Positions 1 through 9,200 of a stretch of DNA of 22,726 bases are shown here, piece by piece. Where the stretch lies: positions 1 through 22,726 of the forward strand of contig JAUSFL010000025.1 of the NCBI GenBank assembly GCA_030649735.1. The letters are read 5' to 3'. A program made the translations under genes and the position numbers. The DNA is from Candidatus Iainarchaeum sp. GTDB lineage: Archaea; Iainarchaeota; Iainarchaeia; Iainarchaeales; UBA10191. Each line of letters starts with the position of its first letter. Position 1 is the stretch's first letter. The notes under the pieces are model-generated. The model did no database searches and was not told the DNA's origin. It saw only the letters and a list, made by a program, of their open reading frames with translations.

Positions 1-3000
1 ATTTGGACAACTGATGTTTTTGGAGTTCCAAAGCTTGACTTTAATGCTTTAGAGCCAGTTTACATTAGGGGCTCTGGATTTTTGCCTTCAACTGATGTTG
101 CGCTTTCAATTACAACTCCAGATGATGATTTTTTCAATGGAAGCGCAATTTCAAGCCAGAATGGCGGTTTATTCTTTGAGTATTTGCAGCAAAAGCTTGG
201 CGGCTCTTACTTTACCACTGCTTTTGATGGAGTTAATTCTGCATCGGCTGTTTTCACTGACTGCTGTCCAGGCGCTGCCTGGACTACAAGGAGCGATTGC
301 GGTTCTGAAATACAGAATGAAAACTTTTACGGTAATGGGGAAAAAGTCTTCATTAACGGCTCTGGATTTAGTGCAGGCCATTATTCTTGGAAAATCAAGG
401 GAAAGCCCGGAAGCGCTTCCTGCGATCCAAATCAAATAGTTGCTTCCGGAAGCTTTGATGTTAATTCTGCGGGAAAATTCTGTTTTTCAGCATACACTGT
501 TGCAAACAATGATTGCGGCGAATACTCTTTCACTGCAGGCTGCAAGAATGACAATTACAATGTTGAATGCGTTGACAGGGACAATGACACTTATAAAATG
601 TACAATTTTGCCTCTTGCCCTTCAGGAAATGACTGCAATGACTCTAATTCCAGCATTCATCCGACTGCTGTGGAAGTATGCAATAACAAGGTTGATGATG
701 ATTGTGATGGAAAAGCAGATTGCGCTGATTCAAAATGCGCAAGCAGCCAGTATTGCGCCTTGGATTGCGTTCAGGCAAAAACCCTTGGCTTGTTGACTGG
801 CAGTTTCAACAATGGAGTTGCAACAATTGTCAATACTTCAAACTTTGATTTTAATGTTGGATTGGCTGTTTATGAAAAGTTTGACGAAAACATTGACAAT
901 CAACTGATTTTTGACTATAATACTGGAGTTTCAAATGCTAATGCGACTAAAAAATTGACTGTTGACCTTCCGTCCTGCAAGTACCAGATTGACTTGTTTT
1001 GCGGGGCTGTTTTGCAGTCATTGAATGGCCAAAGGTATGGCTCAAGGCTTATTGCCGGAAGCCATTTGGGCGGTCCTGATTATTGCAGTAAGTGCGGCAA
1101 TGGAGTTCTAAATTCTGGCGAAGAATGCGACGATGGCGGCAATGTTTCTGGAGACGGGTGTTCTACAATTTGTAAAATAGAGCCTTTGAAAATAATTGCG
1201 AACAAGATTGTGTGCAATTTGGAAAAAGACCTGCCTAATTGGGGAAAAGGCGGCTCTGACATTACTTCAACAACCGCGATTAATTTTGTGAATTCTCATC
1301 CTGGCTGTTATTTTGACCAGAATTGGAAATTCCAGTGGGCTTATTATTCAGTTCCAAACCCTGGAGACCACGTTGGGGAAGTTTCTTCTGCTTTGGGCTG
1401 GCATTCTTTTGGCCCGACTGACATTAATGGAAAAGCTTCAGCTTTGGTTTTTGACTTGAATGGTCAAAGCAGGCTGTGGGTCAGGGAAGTTTTCAAGACT
1501 GATTTCATTCATTTTTCTTACAATGAGCACGGCCAAAAAAACGACTACAATTACAGCGCTGAATTGTACTGCCATAATGATGTGTTGAATTATGACAATT
1601 ATGACTGGATTGGAACTACAGCAAAGCTTGGAAAAACTTACTATTGCATTGCATTCAATTCTCCAAAAGGAGAATGCGTTTCAGATGCAGACTGTCCGTC
1701 TTTAGGAAAGCCTTGCTCTGAAAACAAGTGCGTTGACAGAAAGTGCGTTGAAACCCCAAAAACTGCGGGCACTTCCTGCACTGACGGCCTGTACTGCAAT
1801 GGAAATGAAGTCTGCAATGGAAGCGGGGCTTGCGTTGCAGGAACTCCAATAAGTTGCTTTTCTTTTGACTTGAATTCAATAGGCACTTGCCTTAACTCGC
1901 CTGACAGCAATCCTTTCACTTGGGACTTTTTTGCCGGATTTGCTTCTGTTTGCAATGAAAGCAGTGATTCTTGCACTACTGGAATTGTTGACTTGACTCA
2001 TGATTGCAGCATTGAGGCTTGCAATGCAAAATGCGAAGGCAATGCAGACTGTGGCAAGACAGACTGTGACTCTTTGGACAAGTGCATTGGAAAAGACTAT
2101 TATGATTTTGACGATGTCGCCAATAATTGCGTTGGATGCGGTTGTGAAGAAAACCAGTGCGGTCCTGCCGCAAGAATCAGCCATAATGACGCGCGCTGCA
2201 CTGAATGCCAAGTTGATTCTGACTGCAGCGGCTTGAGCAAAGATTACTGCGACGGCTCTACAGTGAAGCAGGATGTGGGAAAGTGTGTTGATTTTGTTTG
2301 CACTGCAGACACTTCGACAGTGAGGGAATGCAATGATGGCTTGTTTTGCAATGGTTCTGAAACTTGCAGTAATGCCTTGTGTGTTGTCAATTCTGCAATA
2401 GACTGCAATCCATTCAACTTGCCTTCGATTGGAGAGTGTGCGTATTCTCCGGACAATAATCCGTTCACTTGGGACTTTTTTGCCGGGTTTGCTTCTGTTT
2501 GCAATGAAAGCAGTGATTCTTGCACTACTGGAATTGTTGACTTGACTCATGATTGCAGCATTGAGGCTTGCAATGCAGAATGCGAAGGCAATGCAGACTG
2601 CCCTGCCACTGAATGCGGTGTTGACACTTGCATTGGAAATGACTATTATGATTACAGCAATGCAGGCAATTCTTGCACTGGGTGTGAATGCTCTGAAAAC
2701 CAGTGCCCTTTGCCAGTAATTTCTCAGAATGACAAGAGATGTGTTGAATGCTTGATTGATTCTGATTGTGACAAGCTTGACAATGATTACTGTGATGGCT
2801 CTACAGTGAAGCAGGATGTGGGAAAGTGCGTTGATTTTGTTTGCACTGCAGACACTTCGACAGTGAGGGAATGCAATGATGGCTTGTTTTGCAATGGTTC
2901 TGAAACTTGCAGTAATGCCTTGTGTGTTGTCAGTTCTGCAATAGACTGCAATCCATTTGACTTGCCGTCAGTCGGAGAATGCAATTATTTCATTGACGGC

Positions 3001-4689
3001 TTTCCAAAAACTTGGGATTTCTTTTCAGGCTTTGAAAGCGCCTGCAATGAGCAAACAGACTCTTGCACTCAAGGAACTGAAGAAATAACTTCAAACTGCA
3101 GCATTGCAAACTGCTCTGCAGAATGTGAAAGCAATTCAGACTGCACGCCTCACTTGCTGGATAATTATTGCTATTTTGATGGAAGCTGCTCTTCAAATCC
3201 CTCTTGCGAATGCAATTATGACAATGAATTCTGCCCAGTGGCCGGAACTGTGGTTGACGGGTTTTGCTATTGGGGAGAAAGGGAATGCTCTGCTGAAGGC
3301 TGCGGCTTGAACAAGACGCCAATGAACTGTTATACAATTTGCGATCCTGAAAGCGGGCCTGTTGAATTGCCCGGTTTGAAGACTGTGAAAACAGTCACTG
3401 GCCCAAAGCTTGAATGCAATTATTTTGGAGACTTGAATGAGGCTTTCGAATGCCTGTTTGCCGCCAGCGGAACCACGCAGTATTCTTTGACTGCGGATTA
3501 TAATGGCCCGAATACTGCAAAAACATATTACAGGCAAAGATGGAAGTTTGACGTCAATTCGGCGTGGGATTCTTGGGGCTCTTGGACCTTGTATTCTGGG
3601 GCTTTTTTCTTTGCCGAATCTTCAATTCATGAATTGGAGTATTATTCTGAAGACCCAGAATGCAATATTATAGAAAAGCACAATTTTGAAATTGACATTG
3701 TTGACAATTCCTCGCCAACGCCAGTGAAGATTGTCGGGGATCCTAAAGTTCCTTGGAATGGCCTTGACTCAATATTTTACCCAAACAACAATTGCTTTAC
3801 TGGAGACATGAATTGCTGGAAAGTCTCGACTTTGACTCCAATTCATTTGGGCTGCATTGACGCCTTGCCTCATCCAGTCGGCAATGAAGGAGTTTGCTTT
3901 AACGTGGGCCTTGACGGCGACTATTACACTAAAGAGTACTGTCCAGAAAACGCGGACTTTAACAAGAATTCTGACGGCTACTGCTGTTTGAAAAACTCCA
4001 TTGATTTCTTATTTGTGGAAGAGTCAGAGCATAATCTCGCGTATTATTGCGAGGATGCATTAGGCAATAAAGGCCCAGTGGATGACGAAAAATTCAAGGT
4101 CAATGGCAGTTCTTTCAGAATAAAGCTTAACAAGAAGTGGAATTTGATCTCTGTTCCTTTCAAGCTTTTGGACAGCGATGTTTCGGCAGTGTTCAAGGAC
4201 ATTATTGGCAAAATAAATTCAGTATGGACTTTTGACGCTTTGAGTGGCCAATGGCTTGTTTTCGACCCGAAGAACATTCCAGCAAGCAATCTTTACTCAA
4301 TAGAGCCTGGAACTGGCTACTGGGTTGCTGCATTGGACAATACAGAGCTTGTTTTGGGAGGAAATATGTTCAATCCAATAACAACTCCGCCAAGCAAGCC
4401 AATAAAGCAAGGCTGGAACTTGATTGGCTATTATGGCACTGAAGGAATTCCAGAATTTAACGGCCTTAATGGCAATGGAAAGCTTGCAAGCTGTGAATTG
4501 TATTCTTTAGGAGAGTCTTTAACAGACAAGGGGTGGAATTCTCTATTGAGTTATTGGGAGCCAAGCAATCCAAACCAGTGGAAGCAATTCTATTCCAACA
4601 GCCGCCTTGATCCAGGGGCTGGCTATTGGCTTTCAGCAACTGAAGACGGAGTTTTCACTTATCCAACGACTTGCGGAGCCAGTGGTTGA
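1..4689 (+). CDS. Large Cys-rich cell-surface/secreted repeat protein, 5'-truncated (>1560 aa)
   Basis: Frame 1 is open from base 1 (IWTTDVFGVPKLDFNALEPVYIRGSGFLPSTD...), so the TTG at 82 is not the true start. MopE-like metal-binding motif (DRDNDTY...DCNDSNSSIHPTAVEVCNNKVDDDCDG, ~574-725). Myxococcus-type/DUF4215 Cys repeat (CGNGVLNSGEECDDGGNVSGDGCSTICKIE, 1093-1182). ~182-aa Cys-rich tandem repeats (~1770-3150), two Ig-like units, and a C-terminal duplicated 'WNLIS/GWNLIG...PG.GYW' domain. No C-terminal TM helix. Confidence 0.85.
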   Translation: MWTTDVFGVPKLDFNALEPVYIRGSGFLPSTDVALSITTPDDDFFNGSAISSQNGGLFFEYLQQKLGGSYFTTAFDGVNSASAVFTDCCPGAAWTTRSDCGSEIQNENFYGNGEKVFINGSGFSAGHYSWKIKGKPGSASCDPNQIVASGSFDVNSAGKFCFSAYTVANNDCGEYSFTAGCKNDNYNVECVDRDNDTYKMYNFASCPSGNDCNDSNSSIHPTAVEVCNNKVDDDCDGKADCADSKCASSQYCALDCVQAKTLGLLTGSFNNGVATIVNTSNFDFNVGLAVYEKFDENIDNQLIFDYNTGVSNANATKKLTVDLPSCKYQIDLFCGAVLQSLNGQRYGSRLIAGSHLGGPDYCSKCGNGVLNSGEECDDGGNVSGDGCSTICKIEPLKIIANKIVCNLEKDLPNWGKGGSDITSTTAINFVNSHPGCYFDQNWKFQWAYYSVPNPGDHVGEVSSALGWHSFGPTDINGKASALVFDLNGQSRLWVREVFKTDFIHFSYNEHGQKNDYNYSAELYCHNDVLNYDNYDWIGTTAKLGKTYYCIAFNSPKGECVSDADCPSLGKPCSENKCVDRKCVETPKTAGTSCTDGLYCNGNEVCNGSGACVAGTPISCFSFDLNSIGTCLNSPDSNPFTWDFFAGFASVCNESSDSCTTGIVDLTHDCSIEACNAKCEGNADCGKTDCDSLDKCIGKDYYDFDDVANNCVGCGCEENQCGPAARISHNDARCTECQVDSDCSGLSKDYCDGSTVKQDVGKCVDFVCTADTSTVRECNDGLFCNGSETCSNALCVVNSAIDCNPFNLPSIGECAYSPDNNPFTWDFFAGFASVCNESSDSCTTGIVDLTHDCSIEACNAECEGNADCPATECGVDTCIGNDYYDYSNAGNSCTGCECSENQCPLPVISQNDKRCVECLIDSDCDKLDNDYCDGSTVKQDVGKCVDFVCTADTSTVRECNDGLFCNGSETCSNALCVVSSAIDCNPFDLPSVGECNYFIDGFPKTWDFFSGFESACNEQTDSCTQGTEEITSNCSIANCSAECESNSDCTPHLLDNYCYFDGSCSSNPSCECNYDNEFCPVAGTVVDGFCYWGERECSAEGCGLNKTPMNCYTICDPESGPVELPGLKTVKTVTGPKLECNYFGDLNEAFECLFAASGTTQYSLTADYNGPNTAKTYYRQRWKFDVNSAWDSWGSWTLYSGAFFFAESSIHELEYYSEDPECNIIEKHNFEIDIVDNSSPTPVKIVGDPKVPWNGLDSIFYPNNNCFTGDMNCWKVSTLTPIHLGCIDALPHPVGNEGVCFNVGLDGDYYTKEYCPENADFNKNSDGYCCLKNSIDFLFVEESEHNLAYYCEDALGNKGPVDDEKFKVNGSSFRIKLNKKWNLISVPFKLLDSDVSAVFKDIIGKINSVWTFDALSGQWLVFDPKNIPASNLYSIEPGTGYWVAALDNTELVLGGNMFNPITTPPSKPIKQGWNLIGYYGTEGIPEFNGLNGNGKLASCELYSLGESLTDKGWNSLLSYWEPSNPNQWKQFYSNSRLDPGAGYWLSATEDGVFTYPTTCGASG
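1909..2966 (+). repeat. Intragenic tandem repeat, period 543-549 bp, with near-identical blocks
   Basis: 1909-2051 matches 2458-2600 (143 bp, 3 mismatches by eye). 2242-2423 matches 2785-2966 (182 bp, 6 mismatches by eye). The intervening segments are clearly diverged. Confidence 0.95.
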
Positions 4690-4704
4690 ATTTAAGCAAA
4701 TGAC

Positions 4705-4752
4705 AAGCTTTTTATAAGCTTTCATTTATTAACTATAGAAAGTGGGGAGTGG
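4705..4752 (+). promoter_or_regulatory. Archaeal TATA box and SD-like site for the 4759 gene
   Basis: TTTTTATAA at ~4709-4717 inside AAGCTTTTTATAAGCTT. GGGGAGTGG at 4744-4752, 6 nt before the ATG at 4759. Confidence 0.6.
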
Positions 4753-4758
4753 TTTTTA

Positions 4759-5877
4759 ATGGGGTTTGGGAAGTATTTTTCAATAATTCTTTTTGCTTTA
4801 ATGATTGCTGGAATTGCATTTGCGGTTCCTGCAATACCTCACCAGTTTTACGGGACCGTGACTGTTAATGGAAACCCGGCGCATGGGGCCGGAATCATTG
4901 CAAAAATCAATGGAGTCCAAGTCGCAAGCACTGCTTCAAGCAATGGAAATTACGGCTATTATCCCGATGTATTTTTTGTGACAGACCCCAACAGCACTAA
5001 TGCAGGAAAAAAAATTCAATTCTTCCTGAACGGAACCAATGTTGCAGAATTCACTTTCAAGAATGGCGAAAGCACACAGCTTAATCTTTCAGTCGGAACA
5101 AGCAGTGGAGTTTGCGGCGATGGAACTTGCAACGCTAGCGAAAACTGCGGCTCTTGCGCTGCAGACTGTGGAACTTGCACTGTGCCTCCAGTTGGCCCTC
5201 CAGCAGGCGGCGGTGGCGGCGGTGGAGGCGGCGGTGGAGGCGGCGGCGGAAGCGGCTTGCTTTTGAGCTTTGATGGAAACTGCATTGGAAAAACACTTAT
5301 TGTGAAAGCCACTTTGGGGACAAATTCTCCGGCAGACAATGCGACAGTCAATGTAATGCACAATCAAAAAAATGCTGGCAGTTCAACGACTGACGCGCAA
5401 GGAAAAGCAACATTCACTTTTGCCGAAATTGGAAAATACACTTTTACAGCAAACAAAGGCTACACTACAAGCATTCCCACAACAACAGAGCTTTTTGACT
5501 GCAGCAGCGGCGCGGTAAAATCAAACAATACTGGCGACAGCAACAACTCAAGCAATAACACACAGTCGCAGCCAGCCCCAACATTAGACGCTGGAAAGCT
5601 TTGCTCTGAAATAAACTGCAATGACTCAAACCCTTGCACTATTGACTCTTGCACTACCGGAGTCTGCGTTTACAATAACGCGCCTGACGGGACAAAATGC
5701 CCAACTGGAACTTGCCAAACCGGAATTTGCACTGCTCCAACACCACAGCAAAATTCTGCAACTGGCTTTGTTAGCCTGCCTGTTTTAGGCAATGTTTCAG
5801 GAATTGCAGTCGGCTTGGGATTGGTAGTTATTGTAGTTTTGGGAATTGGATTGTTTTTCATTACGAGAAAAAAGTAA
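4759..5877 (+). CDS. Secreted, C-terminally membrane-anchored surface protein (372 aa)
   Basis: Signal peptide ending in AFA; N-terminal 'PHQFYGTVTVNG' beta domain; CGDGTC...CAADC module; Gly15 linker; Ig-like domain; Dictyostelium-type CNDSNPCTIDSC repeat; C-terminal TM helix followed by RKK. Confidence 0.9.
   Translation: MGFGKYFSIILFALMIAGIAFAVPAIPHQFYGTVTVNGNPAHGAGIIAKINGVQVASTASSNGNYGYYPDVFFVTDPNSTNAGKKIQFFLNGTNVAEFTFKNGESTQLNLSVGTSSGVCGDGTCNASENCGSCAADCGTCTVPPVGPPAGGGGGGGGGGGGGGGSGLLLSFDGNCIGKTLIVKATLGTNSPADNATVNVMHNQKNAGSSTTDAQGKATFTFAEIGKYTFTANKGYTTSIPTTTELFDCSSGAVKSNNTGDSNNSSNNTQSQPAPTLDAGKLCSEINCNDSNPCTIDSCTTGVCVYNNAPDGTKCPTGTCQTGICTAPTPQQNSATGFVSLPVLGNVSGIAVGLGLVVIVVLGIGLFFITRKK
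5206..5250 (+). repeat. GGN repeat encoding 15 consecutive glycines
   Basis: ggcggcggtggcggcggtggaggcggcggtggaggcggcggcgga. Confidence 0.95.
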
Positions 5878-5906
5878 TTCTTTTTTCTCCCTTTTTCATT
5901 TTTTTC
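5878..5906 (+). terminator. Oligo-T archaeal-type terminator
   Basis: Three T5-T7 runs immediately after the TAA at 5877. Confidence 0.6.
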
Positions 5907-5968
5907 CCTAAATTATTGCGTTAAAACTCTTTCTTTAAAACTTTTCCCGCATTAAATTAATTAGAAAT

Positions 5969-6042
5969 GGGGCTGTAGTCTAGCCTGGTTAGGACCCTAG
6001 CTTCGGGAGTTAGAAACCACGGTTCAAATCCGTGCAGCCCCA
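5969..6042 (+). tRNA. tRNA-Pro (anticodon CGG), intronless, CCA not encoded
   Basis: Acceptor GGGGCTG/CAGCCCC plus discriminator A; D arm GTCTAGCCTGGTTAGGAC; anticodon arm CTAGC-TTCGGGA-GTTAG; T arm CACGG-TTCAAAT-CCGTG. TTTAAAA box ~30 nt upstream. Confidence 0.96.
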
Positions 6043-6045
6043 AAA

Positions 6046-6147
6046 CCCCTCGCTGAGTTTGCGGGCGGGAACGTCGCAGCATCTGAAGATGCTGCATAAA
6101 TTCTTGGGCGGCGCCGGAGCGTGTTCGCGACGTGTGCAATCCCGCGG
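6046..6147. ncRNA. Candidate structured non-coding RNA of unknown family
   Basis: About 64% GC (65/102 counted) in AT-rich surroundings. GCGGGA-ACGTCGC (6065-6077) pairs with GCGACGT-[GTGCAA]-TCCCGC (6127-6145). Internal hairpin GCAGCATC-TGAA-GATGCTGC (6076-6095). Confidence 0.5.
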
Positions 6148-6169
6148 TTATTTTCCGATGCTTTTAAAC

Positions 6170-6234
6170 CCGAAACTTTTTATAAATTGTTTTAACGCAA
6201 GTGTTTGTAATTGAGGGAGTTTTGGGGATGGGGG
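6170..6234 (+). promoter_or_regulatory. BRE/TATA promoter and SD-like site for the giant protease gene
   Basis: CGAAAC-TTTTTATAAAT at 6171-6187. GGGGATGGGGG at 6224-6234 precedes the in-frame TTG at 6238. Confidence 0.6.
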
Positions 6235-6237
6235 TTC

Positions 6238-9200
6238 TTGGATAGTGCTGTTTCTAAATTATTGATTGCTTCATTCTTGGTTATTGCAAGCATTGCTGTC
6301 TTATTGTTTTTTGTCCAGCCGCAACCGACTGCTTTAGTCACTGCTGTTTCCCAGCAAATCCCTGAAACTGTTTTTAATGAAAGCAAGGCTGTTCCTAATG
6401 GTTCTTTGCAAACCGAAAATTCAGATTCTGATTCTTCACAATTGGCTTCAACTGGATTGTCTGAAGCAGGCCAGGATTCAGGTTCAAAAGGCCAAAAAAA
6501 TCCCGGAATTCCAGGCAGTGGCGCTGGCGCAGGCCTTGGCGGCGGAGCTGGCAGCAGCAGTTCTTCAACTGGCTTGCAGCCAAATTCAATTCCTCCAGTA
6601 ATCAATCCTCCAGCAAGCGCAAGTTCTTTAAGCAGTGAATTTGCTGCGGTTTTTTCCCCAAGCATTGAAGAAGTTTCCTTGGCTGAAGGGGAAACAGCAA
6701 GTTTTTCAGCAAGCCCAAATAAGGATGCCAATTTTGAATGGCAGCTTGATGGAATGCAGATTTCAAGCGAAAAGAATTTTGCATTCAAGACAATGCAGGG
6801 CTTTGAAGGCTCTTATTTTTTGCAGGCTTTTGCAAGGAATGGAAATGAAATGAAATTCAAGTCCTGGAATATTACTGTGAAAAAGCCTTCAGGCGGCTAC
6901 ACTGTTGCTTCTCAGGCTTCTACTGAAGACTTGAATGCTTTGAAGAAACTGCATTCTTCATTAAAGCAATTTTTGCTTTCTGCACCTTCAATTCCGCAGA
7001 CTGTAATTTTGACTGTCAGGAAAGGAAGCGCTGAAAGCATTGTTAATCAATTGAAAAACATTGGAATCAATGACGCGAACATCATTCCGCCAGGAGTCTT
7101 GATTGCCGTAAGGCTTTCTCCAAGCAGGTTCTTGCAGCTTGCAAAAATTAGCGGCTTGGATTTCTTGAACCCGAACTTCAAGTATTCGGCAATGGAAACA
7201 GTCAACCCGAACATTTCGCAAGTTGGTGCTCCATTGGTTTGGGCAAAAGTCTTGAATGACAAGAACATTACTGGAAAAGGTGTGAAAGTTGGGGTATTGG
7301 ACACTGGAATTAACTCCAGGAATGCTTACCTTGGCTATCGTGTTGGGTTAAAGATTGTTTTTTATGACCCTTGGGGTTATGGGCCGCTGCGTCCTGAAGA
7401 TGCGCTAGGCACTGGGCATGGAAGTCATGTTGCAGGAATTGTTGCCGGCGGAAAGCAGGGAACAAGAGTTGATTATAACTGGAATTATTTTGTGGGGGAT
7501 TATGGCCTTTTTGCGTTGATTAATTCTAAAATAATTCTTGTTGATTCTCTTGGTTTCACTTTTGACAGGAATTTTGAAAGCGGAAGCTGGGACGTAAATT
7601 ATGACATTATAAAATCCACTGATTCTTTGCGTTGCACTTTGTCAAATCAGACAACATGCAGTGAAACATACCCTTATAACATTGGCACTGGAACTATTGC
7701 CGCAACCTTGCCTGCGGATGGAAACCTGAATTTGTGGGTTTATTTTTCCAATCCTGCAAGCCTTAAGGAGATTAATATTTACCTTGGGACAAACAGTTCC
7801 AATTATAGGTTGTTCAAGCAAGATTCCGGTCTTCCTGCAAGTCCCGGCTGGTTTAAGGCAAATTTCAACATAAATCAGCCATACTCTAGCATTGGCTCTT
7901 TAACTGCAGGAAATCCTTTAAACTATAGCAAAGCCCAGACTGTTTATTCTGTTCCAGTGAGCACTCAAGACTTTTTTGACTATTTAGTAATTCAGCCAGC
8001 ATATTGCAGGCATAATGCAAGCACTGATTTGCTTGAATGCTCTCAAGTGCACGACATTAATTCAATTGGAATTGCTCCTGACGCAAACATTTGGAATATT
8101 ACAGTGATGGATGAGCTTGGAAATGGGGATGTATCTGCGATTACTGGCGCAATGCTTTGGGCTGCGGATCAGGGAATCAAAGTACAAAACTTGAGCTTAG
8201 GCCGGGCGGCCAATGACCCTAATGACCCAATTGTTCTGCAAATGAAAGCATTGCATGATTTTAACTATGATGTTTCTTTTGTTGTTTCTGCAGGAAATTG
8301 CGGCAATGAAGGTCCGGATCCTAATTGCGGCAGTTATAGAGGCATTACAACTCCAGGCATAAGCCAAGACGCCATTACAGTTGCTGCTGTTGATTCAAGC
8401 AATCAAAAAGCGGGCTTTTCAAGCTCGGGAGAGGGTGTTCTTGGAAAGCCTGACTTGGCTGCGCCCGGCGTCAATATAAATTCTGGCTTTAGGATAAATC
8501 CTTATTATTATGCGTCTGACACAACTGCTGTTTTTTCAGGCACTTCAATGAGTGCTCCGCATGTTACTGGCGCTGTTGCCTTGATGCTTCAGGCAAAGCC
8601 TGACTTGAATTGGCAGGAAGTCAAGAACTTTCTTTCTTTAAGCGCAAAAGACTTGGGGCCTCAAGGCTTTGACGTGAATTATGGGTGGGGTTTGCTGGAT
8701 TTGAACTCGCTTTGGAAGCCAAGGCCAGTGTTCAGCCAAAACCCGGCTTTTTGGAGCGCTGAAGTCGGAAGCTTTGCTGACTTTAATGTAAGCCTTGCAA
8801 ATAATGGTTTTGGAGACTTGAATGTCACTGGAATAATTCCAAGCAGTCCCAGAATACAGGCATGGCTTGACTCAAACAATGTATCTGCTTTCAGCAGCAC
8901 TTTGCTGAATGTTAAAGTTGATTCAAACAATGCTTGGGGCGGCTTTAATGGCATTGTGCATTTTGAAAACCTTGGCGGTTCGTTTGATTTAAACATTTAC
9001 GGCTCTTTTTATGAGCTGAATCCTCCAGTTACAACTTCTGACATTAATGATGGGGTGTGGCGGGCTTTTGATGCAAATGTCCATTTGGCATGCAATGATG
9101 GCAATGCAAGCTCTGGCTGCGCTTGGACAAACTATCGGCTTGACTCTAATCCTTCAAGCGGCACTAGTTTTGGAGGCTGGCAGCCTTATTCTGGCCCTAT

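Noticed and set aside
1909-2966. Diversity-generating retroelement TR/VR pair
   Set aside because: Both copies are in frame in one ORF, the mismatches include C/T and T/G changes rather than adenine-only ones, and there is no reverse transcriptase in the window.
5206-5250. Phase-variable simple sequence repeat
   Set aside because: The unit is a multiple of 3 with mixed Gly codons, so slippage would change linker length only. Poly-Gly linkers are common in archaeal surface proteins.
5969-6042. tRNA as integration site of an island or provirus
   Set aside because: No duplicated tRNA 3' end, integrase or viral genes seen in the window.
6046-6147. 5S rRNA, hammerhead, HDV-like/theta ribozyme, TPP or cobalamin riboswitch
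   Set aside because: Only fragments match (CGAACACG on the minus strand, CTGAAGA, CCTCGCTG, GCTGAG, GGGAA). I could not build the required helices or cores by hand.
7452-8064. Intein in the S8 domain
   Set aside because: No N-terminal C/S block, no terminal HN followed by C/S/T (the only HN is followed by A), and no LAGLIDADG motif.
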